Assembly (NCBI GenBank): GCA_023213395.1
Contig: CM041465.1
Coordinates: forward strand, 200,329,741 to 200,393,740
Source of the DNA: Cycas panzhihuaensis
Lineage: Eukaryota; Plantae; Cycadophyta
Reading direction: 5' to 3'
DNA: 64,000 bases
Part shown: piece by piece, positions 12,614-27,600 of the stretch
Layout of the letters: each line of letters begins with the position of its first letter
How positions within the stretch are numbered: position 1 is the first letter of the stretch
Made by a program: the position numbers and the translations under genes
Notes under the pieces: generated by a model
What the model saw: only the letters and a program-made list of their open reading frames with translations
Databases searched by the model: none
What the model was told of the DNA's origin: nothing

Positions 12614-15600
12614 TGTAGCCCCGCCTTCGTAAGCATTAGTAAGCAGGAACCACCAAAGAGCTAAATATTAATATTAACTATTAAGCTTTATGTACGAGCC
12701 ACTAAGGCCTCTAATAAGATGTAAGACCATTAAAGCCACTAATAGGATTATAAGAAAGAGACTCCTCTTATGTCTATTTAAGGATCAAAAATCACTTGTA
12801 AAGATTTTGACTATTATTCCCTTTTAAAGAGAAAAGCACTTTGATACTCCCTTTTCGTACTCATTGTGTTTTTATATAGTCTATTCTAAGTGATCTATTT
12901 TAAATAAGTGATTAATTGTCCTTTCATCTTCAATTTGTATTAGATTTATAAGGTTGATTTCTAGAAGATATGCTCTTACTAATATCAGGGCCCAATTTAA
13001 TGACCTTGTGAAAATGTTCTAGGAGTAGAAAAAAACAATTCCCCCCCCCCTCCCAAGTGATATTCATAACTCTTCTCCTATAGAAATTTATTTAATTTTT
13101 AGTCATCTCTATTTTAATTCTATAGTTTTTTTTTTTTTTTTTTCATACCTGCTCCCTCCCCCGCTCTTCTCGAGTAATTAACTCTACTTGGTAGCTACTT
13201 AATTTAGTAGAGATCTTGTGCTTGGGGTCTGTAAAAACCACATGGATCTATAATTTTGGGTTAATCATATTATGGATTTTTCACTCTTGTATAAAGGACT
13301 TCAATTAAGTCTATTAAACTTATCCTCAAATAGGACTTGGCTATGGACTTATGCCTCTACATACCCTCAAGTATATAAGAGGACCCCTATAGGCTCCTTC
13401 TCTATCCTAGCATTAGTAACCCTTTAGTTGTTTATATGTTGTAGTGCATGGATTAATAATTAGTGCTCAAAAGTCACTTCACACAAATACCTTTGCATGG
13501 TTGTGGACATTACAGAGATGGTCTTTCCTCCATAGATAGTGCTATGAGATATTGGATTGAGCTATAGTAACAATCGAGAAGTTTATTGCAAGGCCTACAA
13601 AATCAAATACTTCCTTTGTTAGTGTCTAGTAAGATTCCCCTATTTTATTATCCTCTCTTGAAGAAAACTTATGCCTACAACATAGTCATTAACCATATAA
13701 CTACTATCAACATAGACCTAGAAAGCAAAGGCTATAACTTTATCAATATTGATCATATTCATAAATGGCCTAAACAATTGAAATTGCCATAAAACTAAAA
13801 GAGAAAAAAAAAAAAAAGTCCATGAAAAAAAAATCTATGAAAATTCATACATCTTATTTTGATTAGTGTATCATCCGATCATTTTGCACTAGGTTAGTTT
13901 TGTAGTAAGCTTTTTGGTATAGTGGTACTTGGGTTGTCAAGATATCTTGCCCTTAAAATTTCACCCTTAAAACTCACTTATCCTATCTAGATAAGCTTTT
14001 CAAGCTCACTTAGGTGAACTAAGTATTTTGTCATGTAACTTTTAGGGTCAATATGCTATAAACACCCTATATACCCCTCCTTACTCTCTCTCCTATTCAT
14101 CTTTTATAATAACTCCCTATTTCTTAAAACTCATTCTCTTACTCTTTCCTATTTCATATATTTCCCTTACTTTCTACTCATTTCCATGCCTTTAAGGCCA
14201 TTCTATATTTCTAATGGCACATGTATAAGGAGGAAAGATTGATAAACTAAACTATGATGTTGAGAGGGTTTAGTAAGAGATAGTGGATGATTTTACAAAA
14301 TTCCCTAAAAAATAGAGATTGTTGCCATGATCAGTCAATTATTACAATCTACTTCCCATAGCATAGGGACATCAAACATGATAGGCAATGCTCATCCTCC
14401 TTTTTAAGGAGGAAATGTACCTCAAGGAGGTCACCTATCAAGGTAGGTACCTTTCTTCTATAAGATCAACATCCCTACTTTTGATCTAAATTTAAATAGA
14501 GAGAATACTTATAGATGGATCGATAAGTTAGAATCCTACTTCACACTTAATCTAATGTCTAAAGAAGATTAGCTCTTATATGCCTCCATCCACATGGATG
14601 AAAGATCCCATCATTGGTGAAAATGAGAGTACCTCTTAAATCAAGTGTGATTACACTTTATAAGATATTTCTTTAAATAATACGAGGACACATGGAGCTA
14701 GTCCTTCTTCACTCAACTCATACAACTTAAGTAAATAATAATAATAGAAGGTTTTAGTGAGGGATTTTAAGCCTTATATAATCACTCTCTGTAAAGTCAA
14801 AGCTTAAACAAACAAATTGTGATCAATATTTATATGCCTAGACTCCATGATTATATCTAAATATGACTCATGACAATGGCCATCAATGATGCCTTCAAAT
14901 AGGCCAAGTTATAGAGGCAAAATTTATAGTTGATCGTACTCCAACCATTAAAAGGGATAACCCCTAGTTTTCATGACCTTAACGGATAGACTTTTAGCAA
15001 CCATGATATTGATTTAATGATGTTATTCATCTATAGTCTAGCTTTCCACATCTTAGACCATGACAAGATGATCTAACTTACTCAATAATAGATTGATAGG
15101 TAGAAGACCCCTCCACCAAATGGGTTTAAATCTCCTAAGTAAAAGCACAATGTTGACTAGAAGCTAGCCTCTATATGTAGTGCATAGAAAAGTGGACTCC
15201 CAAGCATGGTCACATTTGTAAGGCATGATATATGGTCTTTTCTGTTGATCCCTCCCAATCCCCTAAAGAGTTCTTAGATTTAGATTCTAAACATAAGGCT
15301 AATAATGAAATCTAAGAAGACCCTATCCCAAATCTACATCCTAAGGTTTTATTATTAGTTCTCATCTTCAACTCTTACCTCAAACCCCTAAGAGTCAAGG
15401 GCTTTCTCTGTAAGACTCCAATGTCAATTCTAATTAATAGTGGAACATCACTCAATTTTATTGATATCTTCTTTACCTGATAAATTAATCTCTATATAGT
15501 CCTAAAGACTGGCTTCACTTGTTCCATACCAGGGTACCAAAAGCTCTATTATACTGGTGTTATTAAAAACTTCTAGGTCTAGATTAGCACCTACCTCTTA

Positions 15601-18285
15601 GTCTTAGACTTCTATATATTATCTATAGGATTATTTAATGATATATTAGGAATCCAATGGTTATAAATCTTAAGGACTTATAATACAAATACATCATCCA
15701 CAAACCCATTCATCTTATTTAAAGACCAAATGGGTAGGACATATAAAATCTATAGGATATAACCCTTCAAAACTAAGTGGTTTAAATAGGTTGTATGAAA
15801 TGGCACCTTCAATCTAACCTTGGGTATATACTTCACCTCAATAACATGTAGGTCAAACCTCAAATTCATCTATGTATCCAAGACATCATCTCCAAATATG
15901 AACAGGTGTTTGCCCCCTACTCATCACTACCCCACATAATCATGGTCTTTATCAAACAATCAAACTCCAATCTAATCATAACCTTATTAGTCTGAGAGCT
16001 TCTCATAATTCTTATTTTCAAAAAAATGAAATTAAGAAACTCACTACTGAACTCATAGATATGGGCATAATCTAGCCAAGTAAAACCCTTATGTGGCACT
16101 AATAGTCATAGTTAGGAAGAAAGATGGATCCTTTTGCCTCTATGTAGATTATAGGGAATTGGATAAAATTACCATAAAAAGTAAGTTCTCCACTTTGCAG
16201 ATAGATGACATGTTAGATGAAATACATGGAGCCTCCATGTCCTCTAAGCTAGATTTATAATCTAGTTATTACCAGATACTGATTACCCTAGAGGATTTCC
16301 ATAAGATGGGATTTTATGTAACTTGTCATTACACCAAACGCCCGTGGGTGATTTGAGAAGAGGACTCCTCGGCAAGTGAACCAACCATAGTCCAACACTC
16401 CCCCGTGACAAGGAGGCCGCCATAGCACATCATAACCACTTCAAGTTCTTAGTAATGTCTTTTAGCCTTTGTAACATACCTACTACCTTTTAGGCTCTTA
16501 TGAATAAGATTTTTGGCTCCTATTTTTAAAAATTTATCATTATCTTCTTTGATGATATCCTTATTTATAGTTCCCACTTGAACCACAACATTTATCACTT
16601 GGAACATATTCTTTAAATATTACACTAATATTAATTGTATACAAAACTTTTTAAGTGTGAGTTTGGGCAAATAGAATTGTAATACTTGGGGCATATTATA
16701 TATTTAGAAGAGGTATGAGTGGACCATAATAAAATATATATCAGTACTACCTAGTCAATGCCAACCACCCTTACCTAACTACAAGTATTCCTTGGCTTCA
16801 TAGGAGTTTACTATCATTTTGTTTAAAACCATACCTCCCTCATTATCCCCCTAACTGATTTACTCTATAAATATGCCTTTCAATGGTCTTCAAAGACTAA
16901 CATTACCTTCTCCCATCTTAAAGTAGTAATAGACCTCTACTCTAGTCCTTGGCAATATTGATTTCACCTAACCTTTCCAAATTAAATATGACGCCTAAAT
17001 TTAGCTTAGGTGCTATCCTTATACAAGATTCTCACCCCATTATATTTTAGAGTAAAAAATTAAAAGATCATTAGCTCGCTTTCCATATATTAAAAGGAGA
17101 TAAAGGCTATTCTTTATACTATTGATAAATGGTGATAATACCTCTTAATCTCTAAATTTACTATTCTCATATATTGCCAAAGCCTTCATAGTCTATTAGA
17201 TCAGTTGGTTCTATCTAGGAATAGGTTAAGTGGGTTGACTATCTATAGGTCTTTGACTTTATAATATCCTATAAGAAAGGCAAAAACAATATGGTAGAGA
17301 TGCCCTTTTATGTTTACACCCTGATTCTAACACCTCTAACCTAGGTATTCACACCATATCAAAGCCCTACCCCATTTGGCTTCATGAATTATAGGTTGAA
17401 AACTAGGCCTAGCTTGATTATTCTCACTAGAGTGAAAAATTTTTAACCCACAAAGACTAGTCAATCTACAACAACCATCTACTCTTTTGAAATTGCATCT
17501 CTATATATCCATCCTCCTCATTCATCTCTTGAATCTTAATAGAATACCACTCTACTCCCCTAGGGGCCACTCAAGATTTATTAAAACCTACAAATATATC
17601 TGTGTATATTTCTTTTGGCCCTACATAAAGCCTACCGTCTTCACCTTTGTATTAGAGTGTGACACATATTAGTAGAATAAGGTGGATATTAAAGCCCTTT
17701 AGGGACTCCTCTAACCATTACATATTTTACAAGGTAAGTGCCAAGGCACTGCCATGGATTTTATTATGAGATTATCTACATCCATTGGGTTTGACTCTAT
17801 TTAGGTAGTCATTAATAAATTAGCTAAGTATTCATATTTCCTCTAGTCCACATCTTGTATACATCTTCTTGCCTTGCTGAGTTATATGTCTAATTTATCT
17901 TTTGTATTTATAAATTTTCCTTGACTATCATTTATGGCCGAAACCCTATGTTCACTAGCTCCATTTGACAAGAACTCCTTAAGGCTATAGGAACCTCATT
18001 TAACATGAGTTTTATCTACCATCCCTAAACAAATGGTTAATCTAAGTCCTTGAATAAAACTTTAGAAATGTACCTACTCTATTTTACCTCAAAATACTAA
18101 GCTAAGTGGACTTCTTAGCTTTCCTTGGTATAATAGTAGAATAGCTTCTCCCACCACTCATCCATTAGTATATGCCTATTTTTAGCACTTCAGATATCAC
18201 CCCATTTTTGCACACTTTGGCCACCAATTTTCACACTACCTTAGTCTAACAAAAGTTTCAAGAGATGGACCAAGTTCTCCATACC

Positions 18286-18286
<1 letters not shown>
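12614..18286 (+). mobile_element. Decayed chromovirus-like Ty3/gypsy element (gag-PR-RT-RH-INT), 3' truncated
   Basis: Gag PTFD...RWIDKLESYF ~14470. PR LRVKG...ILINSGTSLNFID ~15390-15465. RT VRKKDGSFCLYVDYREL ~16110 and IIIFFDDILIYS ~16540. INT GGHSRFIKTY...FFWP...EC ~17560 and MDFI ~17755. The start at TGTAGCCCC (12614) is tentative; no PBS found. Confidence 0.88.
16318..16424. other. ~107-bp foreign insertion within the RT domain
   Basis: Splits EDFHKMGF(Y) from AHHNHFKFLVM (consensus KTAFRTHHGHYEFLVMPFGL). Richer in GC and CpG than its flanks. Confidence 0.85.
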
Positions 18287-20330
<2,044 letters not shown>

Positions 20331-21294
20331 CACTTAATTCCACAAAAAATGTACCATTATGAATGTCCCTCCTTGAGATTTTGCCTTTTATTATTGAGGG
20401 TGAGCATTAGGGTTAGGATTTTCCCACCTAATGACATGAACCCAAAATTAAATCTAAATGCACATAAACTACATTTCATTAAGAGACTAATGCTAACAAT
20501 ATACCCTAAGGTCACAAAATTAATCTATATGAATAACCTTGATACATTAACCTCTTCAAGAAATACTCCCCGATGCGACAAGGTTTGATGATATATATAA
20601 ATAGTAATATATAAGGATTCCAAAGATAAATGATATGTTGTATAATCATAGAATCAAGATTACACCCATGTAGAAGCTAGCATGTGGGTGCACACAACTA
20701 AAAACTAAGTGTGATATAGGATGTGTGATCAAACCCAAACTTCTATCTCAAGTCTAAATTAGTTAAGGTGTTAATGTTTAAGGGGTCTTCTAGTATACAA
20801 TTAGGCCCTTCATTTATGATACATGCACATGTGCTTAGTAATGAAATCTAAGTCATAATAGAGCCCAAGTACTCCTAGCCCTCATTTAGTTTACTAGTAA
20901 GTAGCTATATACCTTCTCTAAAGAGTCAAACGGTATATATATCCCATGGATATGATAAATATTAGACCATGTATATTTTAATATTAATTAAAGTTTTTAG
21001 TTTTTCCAAGTGGTTATCAGATTTACCATGGTTTTTAGGTACCCTAGTCTTGATGGGTTTACCTTGGGATTGAATGGGGGTAGTTTAGGACTTAATTTTC
21101 TAATTTTAGGTTTGGGGATGCTAGTATCATAGTATTTTTTGTGATACTACATATACTATTATGGTATCATAGGAAAAGTTATGGGATAAAGCTATAGTAC
21201 TACTTGTCTCCTTATAGTATTGCAAACTTCTTTGTGGTATAAAACTAAAACTTTAAACTTTTAAAATTTTTACTCGAATTTAATCTACTTTCAT

Positions 21295-23140
21295 TTGCTT
21301 AAGAGAAAGAGGTTTCTCCCATTTACTAATAGGTGGCTAACTAATGAAATTTTGGTTAGATTACATGTAGTAATAGTGGTGGATAACTATGAAAACATCA
21401 GGTCGCCGATGTTGGCTCTGGTAGAGTTGATGACTACTGAATCCCAAGGAGTACTAAGGCGATCTGGTTTGTTGAGGATCATCTCATCATAATAGTATAC
21501 CTCTAATCAGATGCTCTTGATGGATATTATATCGCATTGGGACCATAGATAACACATTTTCCACCTTACAGGAGTTACAGACTTGATGATCATCCCATCC
21601 AATGTATGAAGGATTTTGGAGGTCCCAATGTGTGGGGCACCAATCGTGCTATGGGTCTTACCCGACACTAATGCAACACACCCTAAGGTAGCCTAATTTT
21701 TCTATGGTAGGGGTGACTAAGATCGACATAGGGCATTAATCTAGACCATCATGCATCATACATTCCTCAACTAAGGAAGCTAACTATTTTTGCTATTCTA
21801 TTTCAGATATCTTAAAAACATAATTATATGGATGTCTCGGGAGGTTAGATGGAGACTATCTGCCATTATGAGGGAAGGTAGAGGTTTGGTTAGGCCACTC
21901 TGATAGTGGCCAATATCATGGCATAACTAGACCAAATATAGGTTGTAAGATGCAGTGATTTCTCTTATTGTTCCCTATTCCAATATTGGTTCTTTGACCA
22001 CTTTAAGGGAATAGGAGGAGTAGGACTAGTGGTAAGCCCCTAGCTGGTATCAGGTAATAGGCCTCTAATCCATTGATAACCATCTTGTTTTAGAATCATC
22101 GGAGAGCCACAACTAGTCAAAAGATCAGTGGCTACTACATTACTAGATTTACTGACCTTAGATGACTATGTGCACTGAGCATATCACATCATCCACTAGA
22201 ATAGCAATGTGAAGGGGAGGGAGCTACAGTAGAGCTGGTAATGAAGCTAGGAGATGAGGTTGGTAAGGGGGATGTAACTACTAGACTAGACACAAATGAG
22301 GTTATGGCTACGACTAGTGAGGTGGCCATGGCATCTCAGCGAGAGGAGATCCTTGGAGTTAGTGAGGTGGTAACATCAGGGCTACCAACTGCTTTGGGAG
22401 GTAATGCCTTTTCCCTTTTAGCTATGGTATTTATTTATATCTATTTATTAAGTGATCTTTGGTATTATTTTATACTAACATCCAGATAACACATATATTT
22501 TTCTAGCTGATAAGAGAGGGCATTATGACACAATTGATTAGTAGAGTGGCGACCAACTTATTTCTTTGAGTATATGTAGAGGGATAGTCTCTAGTAGTGG
22601 ATAGTGGAGAGCCAGAGTTAGCACATCTATATATTGTCATATTTACTCCCCTTCTCATGGTTTGGGATATATAGGTTGCGGAGGCCTAAGTGTGGTAGAC
22701 AGAGCGGGACTATCTACAGACTAAGAGGGACTAGTTGTAGGCCTAAGTGAGATAACTGGAGGCTTAAGTAGGAGAAGGAGTAGCCCAAGTAGTAGTTGCA
22801 CCCATGCAGTAGGCTTCAGGGGGTAAGGTAAGGATCATCATCTTAGAGTCATAGCTCCAAGATGCCAAAGGATGACTATCCAAGATGTGAGGAGAGTAGG
22901 ATCAACTTTAAGTGTAGTACGATAGGCTAGTAGATCAAGTGGTAGCCATATTGTCATGAACACACATCACAACTCCCTCCCATAGGTGATAAAGGGGCAA
23001 GATCCATGTATAAGATGAGGAGAGAAATGCTAGGACCTTATAATGACCTAAGAGGAGTCTTAGGGGAACTTGGATCCCAAGGCAGAGGACAAGACATCCA
23101 AAGGATGACACTCCATGACCATCTCCATAGGCAGCTCTAG
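21295..23140 (+). pseudogene. Decayed plant mobile domain (PMD, aminotransferase-like) + coiled-coil ORF, antisense to gypsy copy B; putative intron 22427-22506
   Basis: MLLMDIISHWDHR*HIFHLTGVTDLMIIPSNV*RILEVPMCG (21511-21636) and RFG*ATLIVANIMA*L...CSLFQYWFFDHF (~21880-22005) match PMD consensus blocks. A Q/E/R-rich heptad region follows at 22680-22950. Confidence 0.78.
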
Positions 23141-24686
23141 GGATTTTTTGTATGATGATTTACTTTGATTAGAGGAAAGCACAGACCTCCAAGGGGTTCC
23201 CATACCATGTGTGAGGATGATTGTACATCCCTTTCAAGGATTCTAGCTTTCTTATAGTGTATCATACTAATGTATAATTGTAGCATTATTTTATAATTAT
23301 ATATACAGAGAGAGATGGGAACCAAATTGGTGCCCCTTTTAATGTGCGTTGTACCTTTGGTTGATAGATATAGATATATGCTAGCTCTTTGGCTCATGTT
23401 TTTTGCCATTATTTTATTTTATCTATGGTTTAGAGCTCACACACTAGGCACACATAATTATCCTAATTTATTTAGGTATCTTATATGACACTCATGCAAA
23501 GGGGCCACATACCCTTCAAAGGTGAGGGTAGTGATCTTGGTTACTATCTCTACATGGAGGAAAGAGCTTGGGCATGAAAGGAGGGCCTTATATTGAGGTG
23601 CTCATACCTAAGACAAAAGAAGACTTGGCTCTCTTAGAACTCAAAGTACCATCAAGGGCATTATAAGAAAGAGGACCCAATAGGCATGGATAACCCAAAG
23701 GTTTTTAAAGAGTAATAGGTTTTATTATTATTTTCTCTTTTAGGGTGATAATTTGTATTCATAGTTGAATAAAGCTACCTTCATGGGGCTCAATCTATCC
23801 TATGGTTGTGCATCAGTAGGGAGATTAGATGTGGGTGTGGGTATATCTACCTTATGGGGGAACTTCTCCCACTTGCAAGCTGAAAGAAGGCTTGACTCAT
23901 TGATAGGGGAGGTTGGCTCTCTCATGGGGAGATATTGTTGCCCCTCACAATGAGTAGAAATATCGTAAACCTTGAATACATGCCATGCCCCCTATAAGGG
24001 TAATCAGTGTTGGATATGTAACAACAATTATGAAGAGGCTTAATTTTTTAGACCTTTGTTGACATGGTTTTCCCTAACAATCTTTCCTCAGGGGGGTCTA
24101 AATGGGGTGATAACCCCTATTAGCTAAGGGATATAATAGCTCCTGAAGTAAAAAGCTAGGGCTCAAAACCTATCAAATTGTAAAGGAAATCTAGGCCATT
24201 CATCAAAAAGACCTAGATCTAATGGTTATGATTGATGTACCTTCTCTTATAACCTATTTTTGGGGTAATTATATCACATTATATTATATTGCATCGTATT
24301 ATGAGCAAGCAGTTATTGGTTGTTGCTATTGTGAGAATTTTGAGATGATTGCATGTACAAATCTTTCATTCTTAACTAATAAAGATTGATACCTTTCTTG
24401 TATGGATGTTTCTCTAGCACTCTCCTAGAGTTTTACCACATTAAATTCTATGTACTAGATAATGTGTATGCTTTCTTATGTATGTTGAATGATCTCTAGT
24501 TTTATATACTTGCATTTATTACAATTTTAAATCCTTGTTATTGTTACAAAATAGATAGATCTCAGTGGTTGATTTTGGTTATTTAGACTAGGTTTTCTCA
24601 ACAATCAACATTGTAGATGGAGGATAGCTTAGGTTTATTTTGGAGTAGAGCAGAGTTGTCTCTTTTTCCATTAGGGAGAAAAGGGG

Positions 24687-27600
24687 TTAACTATAGAACT
24701 TTCTTAGGATTATTTTATTCATAGCCTTATCAAACTTAAGGCCCTCTAAAGTGGTAATTTTATATGCATTGTTATTGAGGCCCTCAAGGACTATAAAAGG
24801 GCAGACCCATCTGGGGCCAAATTTAGATAGTCCATCATATAAATATTCCAAATTGAGGACTTGGTCCCCAAGGCTCAAAGGATGAGGGTATAAGTGTTTG
24901 TCATACATCCATTGTACCCTAGATTTTGATGCCAAGTTAGCTCAATATGCCACTAGATATTTCTCATCTGGAGCTTCTAGTTCAAGGTGTAGGCTTGGCA
25001 TCACTACTTCTCATCAACAAAGCCTTTGAGGGATACCCTTCTTAAGGGTATCTTGACCTCTAAATGCAATATCACTTCTGACCCATAGATTAGGAAGAAT
25101 AATATCATTCCCATGGATGCTTAGATTGAAGTTTAGTAAGTCCACAAGGTCGAATAAATCTAGAATCCTTTTGGGATTGAGCAAAAATCTTCTTGAAAAT
25201 GTTAATTAAGGTTTAATTAAAGGATTCAATTTTGCCATTAGCTTGATGGTAATAAGGATGAAGTCTTATGAGAGATCTTGAATCTCTCACAAAGCTCATC
25301 CATCTCTTTATTACAAAATAGGATTCCATTATTCATAATAAGGATATTGAGCATCCCAAAATAGTAAATAATATATTGATACATAAAGGTGGCAACAATT
25401 TTACCTCTTGCTAAAGATAAGTGGATTGACTTAGCCCATTTGGTGAAATACTTTGTAATAGTTAGGATAAATTTGTGCTAGGTTGAGGATGGTGGGTTAA
25501 TGGCTCAAATCAGATCTAATCCCTATTGGGAGAATGACCATGGAGAGACCACTACATACAATGCCTCAAAAGGCTAGTGAATGATATTGGTGTGCTTTTG
25601 GCAATGGCAACAACATTAAGCATAAGCATGGGTGTCCCATATGTAGGATCATTTTGGCCATTGATTGGCTTATAGAATGACCTCCATAAGTGTCATTATG
25701 GCATTCACAAAGAATCTAGTCAATTTTATTTAGGTTGACACAATGGACAAGGAGACAACCAAATGACTATCCATGAGGAAGTATTACCGAGTGAAGGTCC
25801 TTATGTGTGACTTGACTTTATCACTAGCATTATTAGGGTATTTCTATTAGATTAGGTAATTAACTATGTCTCTATACCATTCATTATTAGCCAATGGATA
25901 GGCATTGGTATGTTAAAGGACTAGAATAGGTTCGATAGGTAATGAGTCATCAATTAGAACCTTGAGAGAATTCAACATGGGAGCATCTACCAATTATTCC
26001 ATGATGATCATTCCTTTCTTGGATTTTTAATTAATAATCTTTAGATCATATTTTTGAAGGAGGACGGCCCATTTACTAGCCCTTCCTATCAAGTTAAATC
26101 GAGTTAGAAGGTATCTTAAGGGATCAGATTGGATGACCACATAAGTAGTGTCACTAAGGAAGTAATGTCTAAACTTTTTAGTGGCATAAACTAGTGTCAG
26201 ACATTTTTTTAGCCAGTAGATAGTTTAGCTCCACTACCACAAGTGTGTGATTAATGAAATAAATGGCCCATTCAGTTTTAGAGTCATCTTCCTTGGCTAG
26301 TATAGCCCCTAGGGATTCATTAATCACTGAAGTATACATGATAAAAAAAGGTAATTGAAAAGAGGAGGGGCTAATAGGAGAGTTAATACAAGGGCTTGTT
26401 TGAGTTCTTTAAAGGCTTCTTGGGCCCTAGGAGATCATACAAAAGGAGCTCCCTTCTTTAGTAGGTTGGTTAAAGGTTTAGAGTTTGTGGTGAAGTTCAC
26501 TAGAAAACACATCAAGAAACCTAATCTCCTTAATAACGACTTGATTTATCATTACATTCTTAGGGGAGGCATCTCAACTATCACTTTGACATTATTGGGG
26601 TCAACTTGGATTCCTTGTCTAGAAATAAGGAACCTTAAAGGTTTGCCAACTATCACCATAAAGATGTATTTACATGGATTTAGGCTAATGTGGTATTTGT
26701 GGCATCTTATAAAAATTTCTTTAAGGTTCGTAGGATGATTGACCCTCTTTCAAAAAAGGCCCATCATGTCATCCATAAAAACTTTGAGAGTCATGTTAAT
26801 AAGATCATGGAATATGAATTGCATGGCCCTTTGGTTGGTAGTACCAATATATTTTAAACCAAAGGCCATGTATGCAAATGTCCCCCAAGGAGTGGTGAAG
26901 GCCATCTTGTGGTGGTCCTTAGGAGATATTTATATTTAATTGTAACTAGAGAAACCATCCATTAAAGACATAACTTCAAGACTAGTAGTACGATCAATAA
27001 TTTGATCGATGAACAGAAGGAAAATGTTGTCCTTACGACATGTGTTATTAATGTATCTAAAGTCAACACAAATTTTGATGGCCCCATTCTTCTTGGTAAT
27101 GGGCACGATGTTGGAAACCCATCTAGGGTAATCAATAGAAGTAATAAGGCTTCCATCTAGAAACTTTTTGACATCCATTTTAACTGTAGTGGATAATTTT
27201 GGGTGTAAGGGGCACTACTTTTGACTCATAGAGCAAGCACCCATGATGGTGGTAAGGTTGTGAGTAACAATTCTAGGGTTTATGCCCTTCATATCTAAAT
27301 AGTCCCATGCAAAATGTCATAGAACTCTTGAAACAACTAGGTATACTCCTCTATTTCCTAAGGAGAGCATTTTGCTCTAACCTTGATGACCTTACTAGGG
27401 GTGAGGATGATGTCCTTGATTACCCCCATGCACATGGAATTCCCTTCCTCAAAGTGGAAGGGAACTTGGCTAACTAGTAGATGTAGAGGAGCCATTGATT
27501 AGTTTGGCTCAACTAGGGATGATCCAATAGCCAAACACTACCAGAAACTAAGTTTATTGTGTCTAAAGAGATAAATTAGGTATGGCTCTTATTAGATGTT

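Noticed and set aside
20350-21250. Candidate 3' LTR of copy B
   Set aside because: No convincing match by eye to the LTR at 33000-34115 or 7100-8430.
26355-26939. 127-aa and 66-aa + strand ORFs
   Set aside because: Antisense shadows of the minus-strand RT/RNase H.
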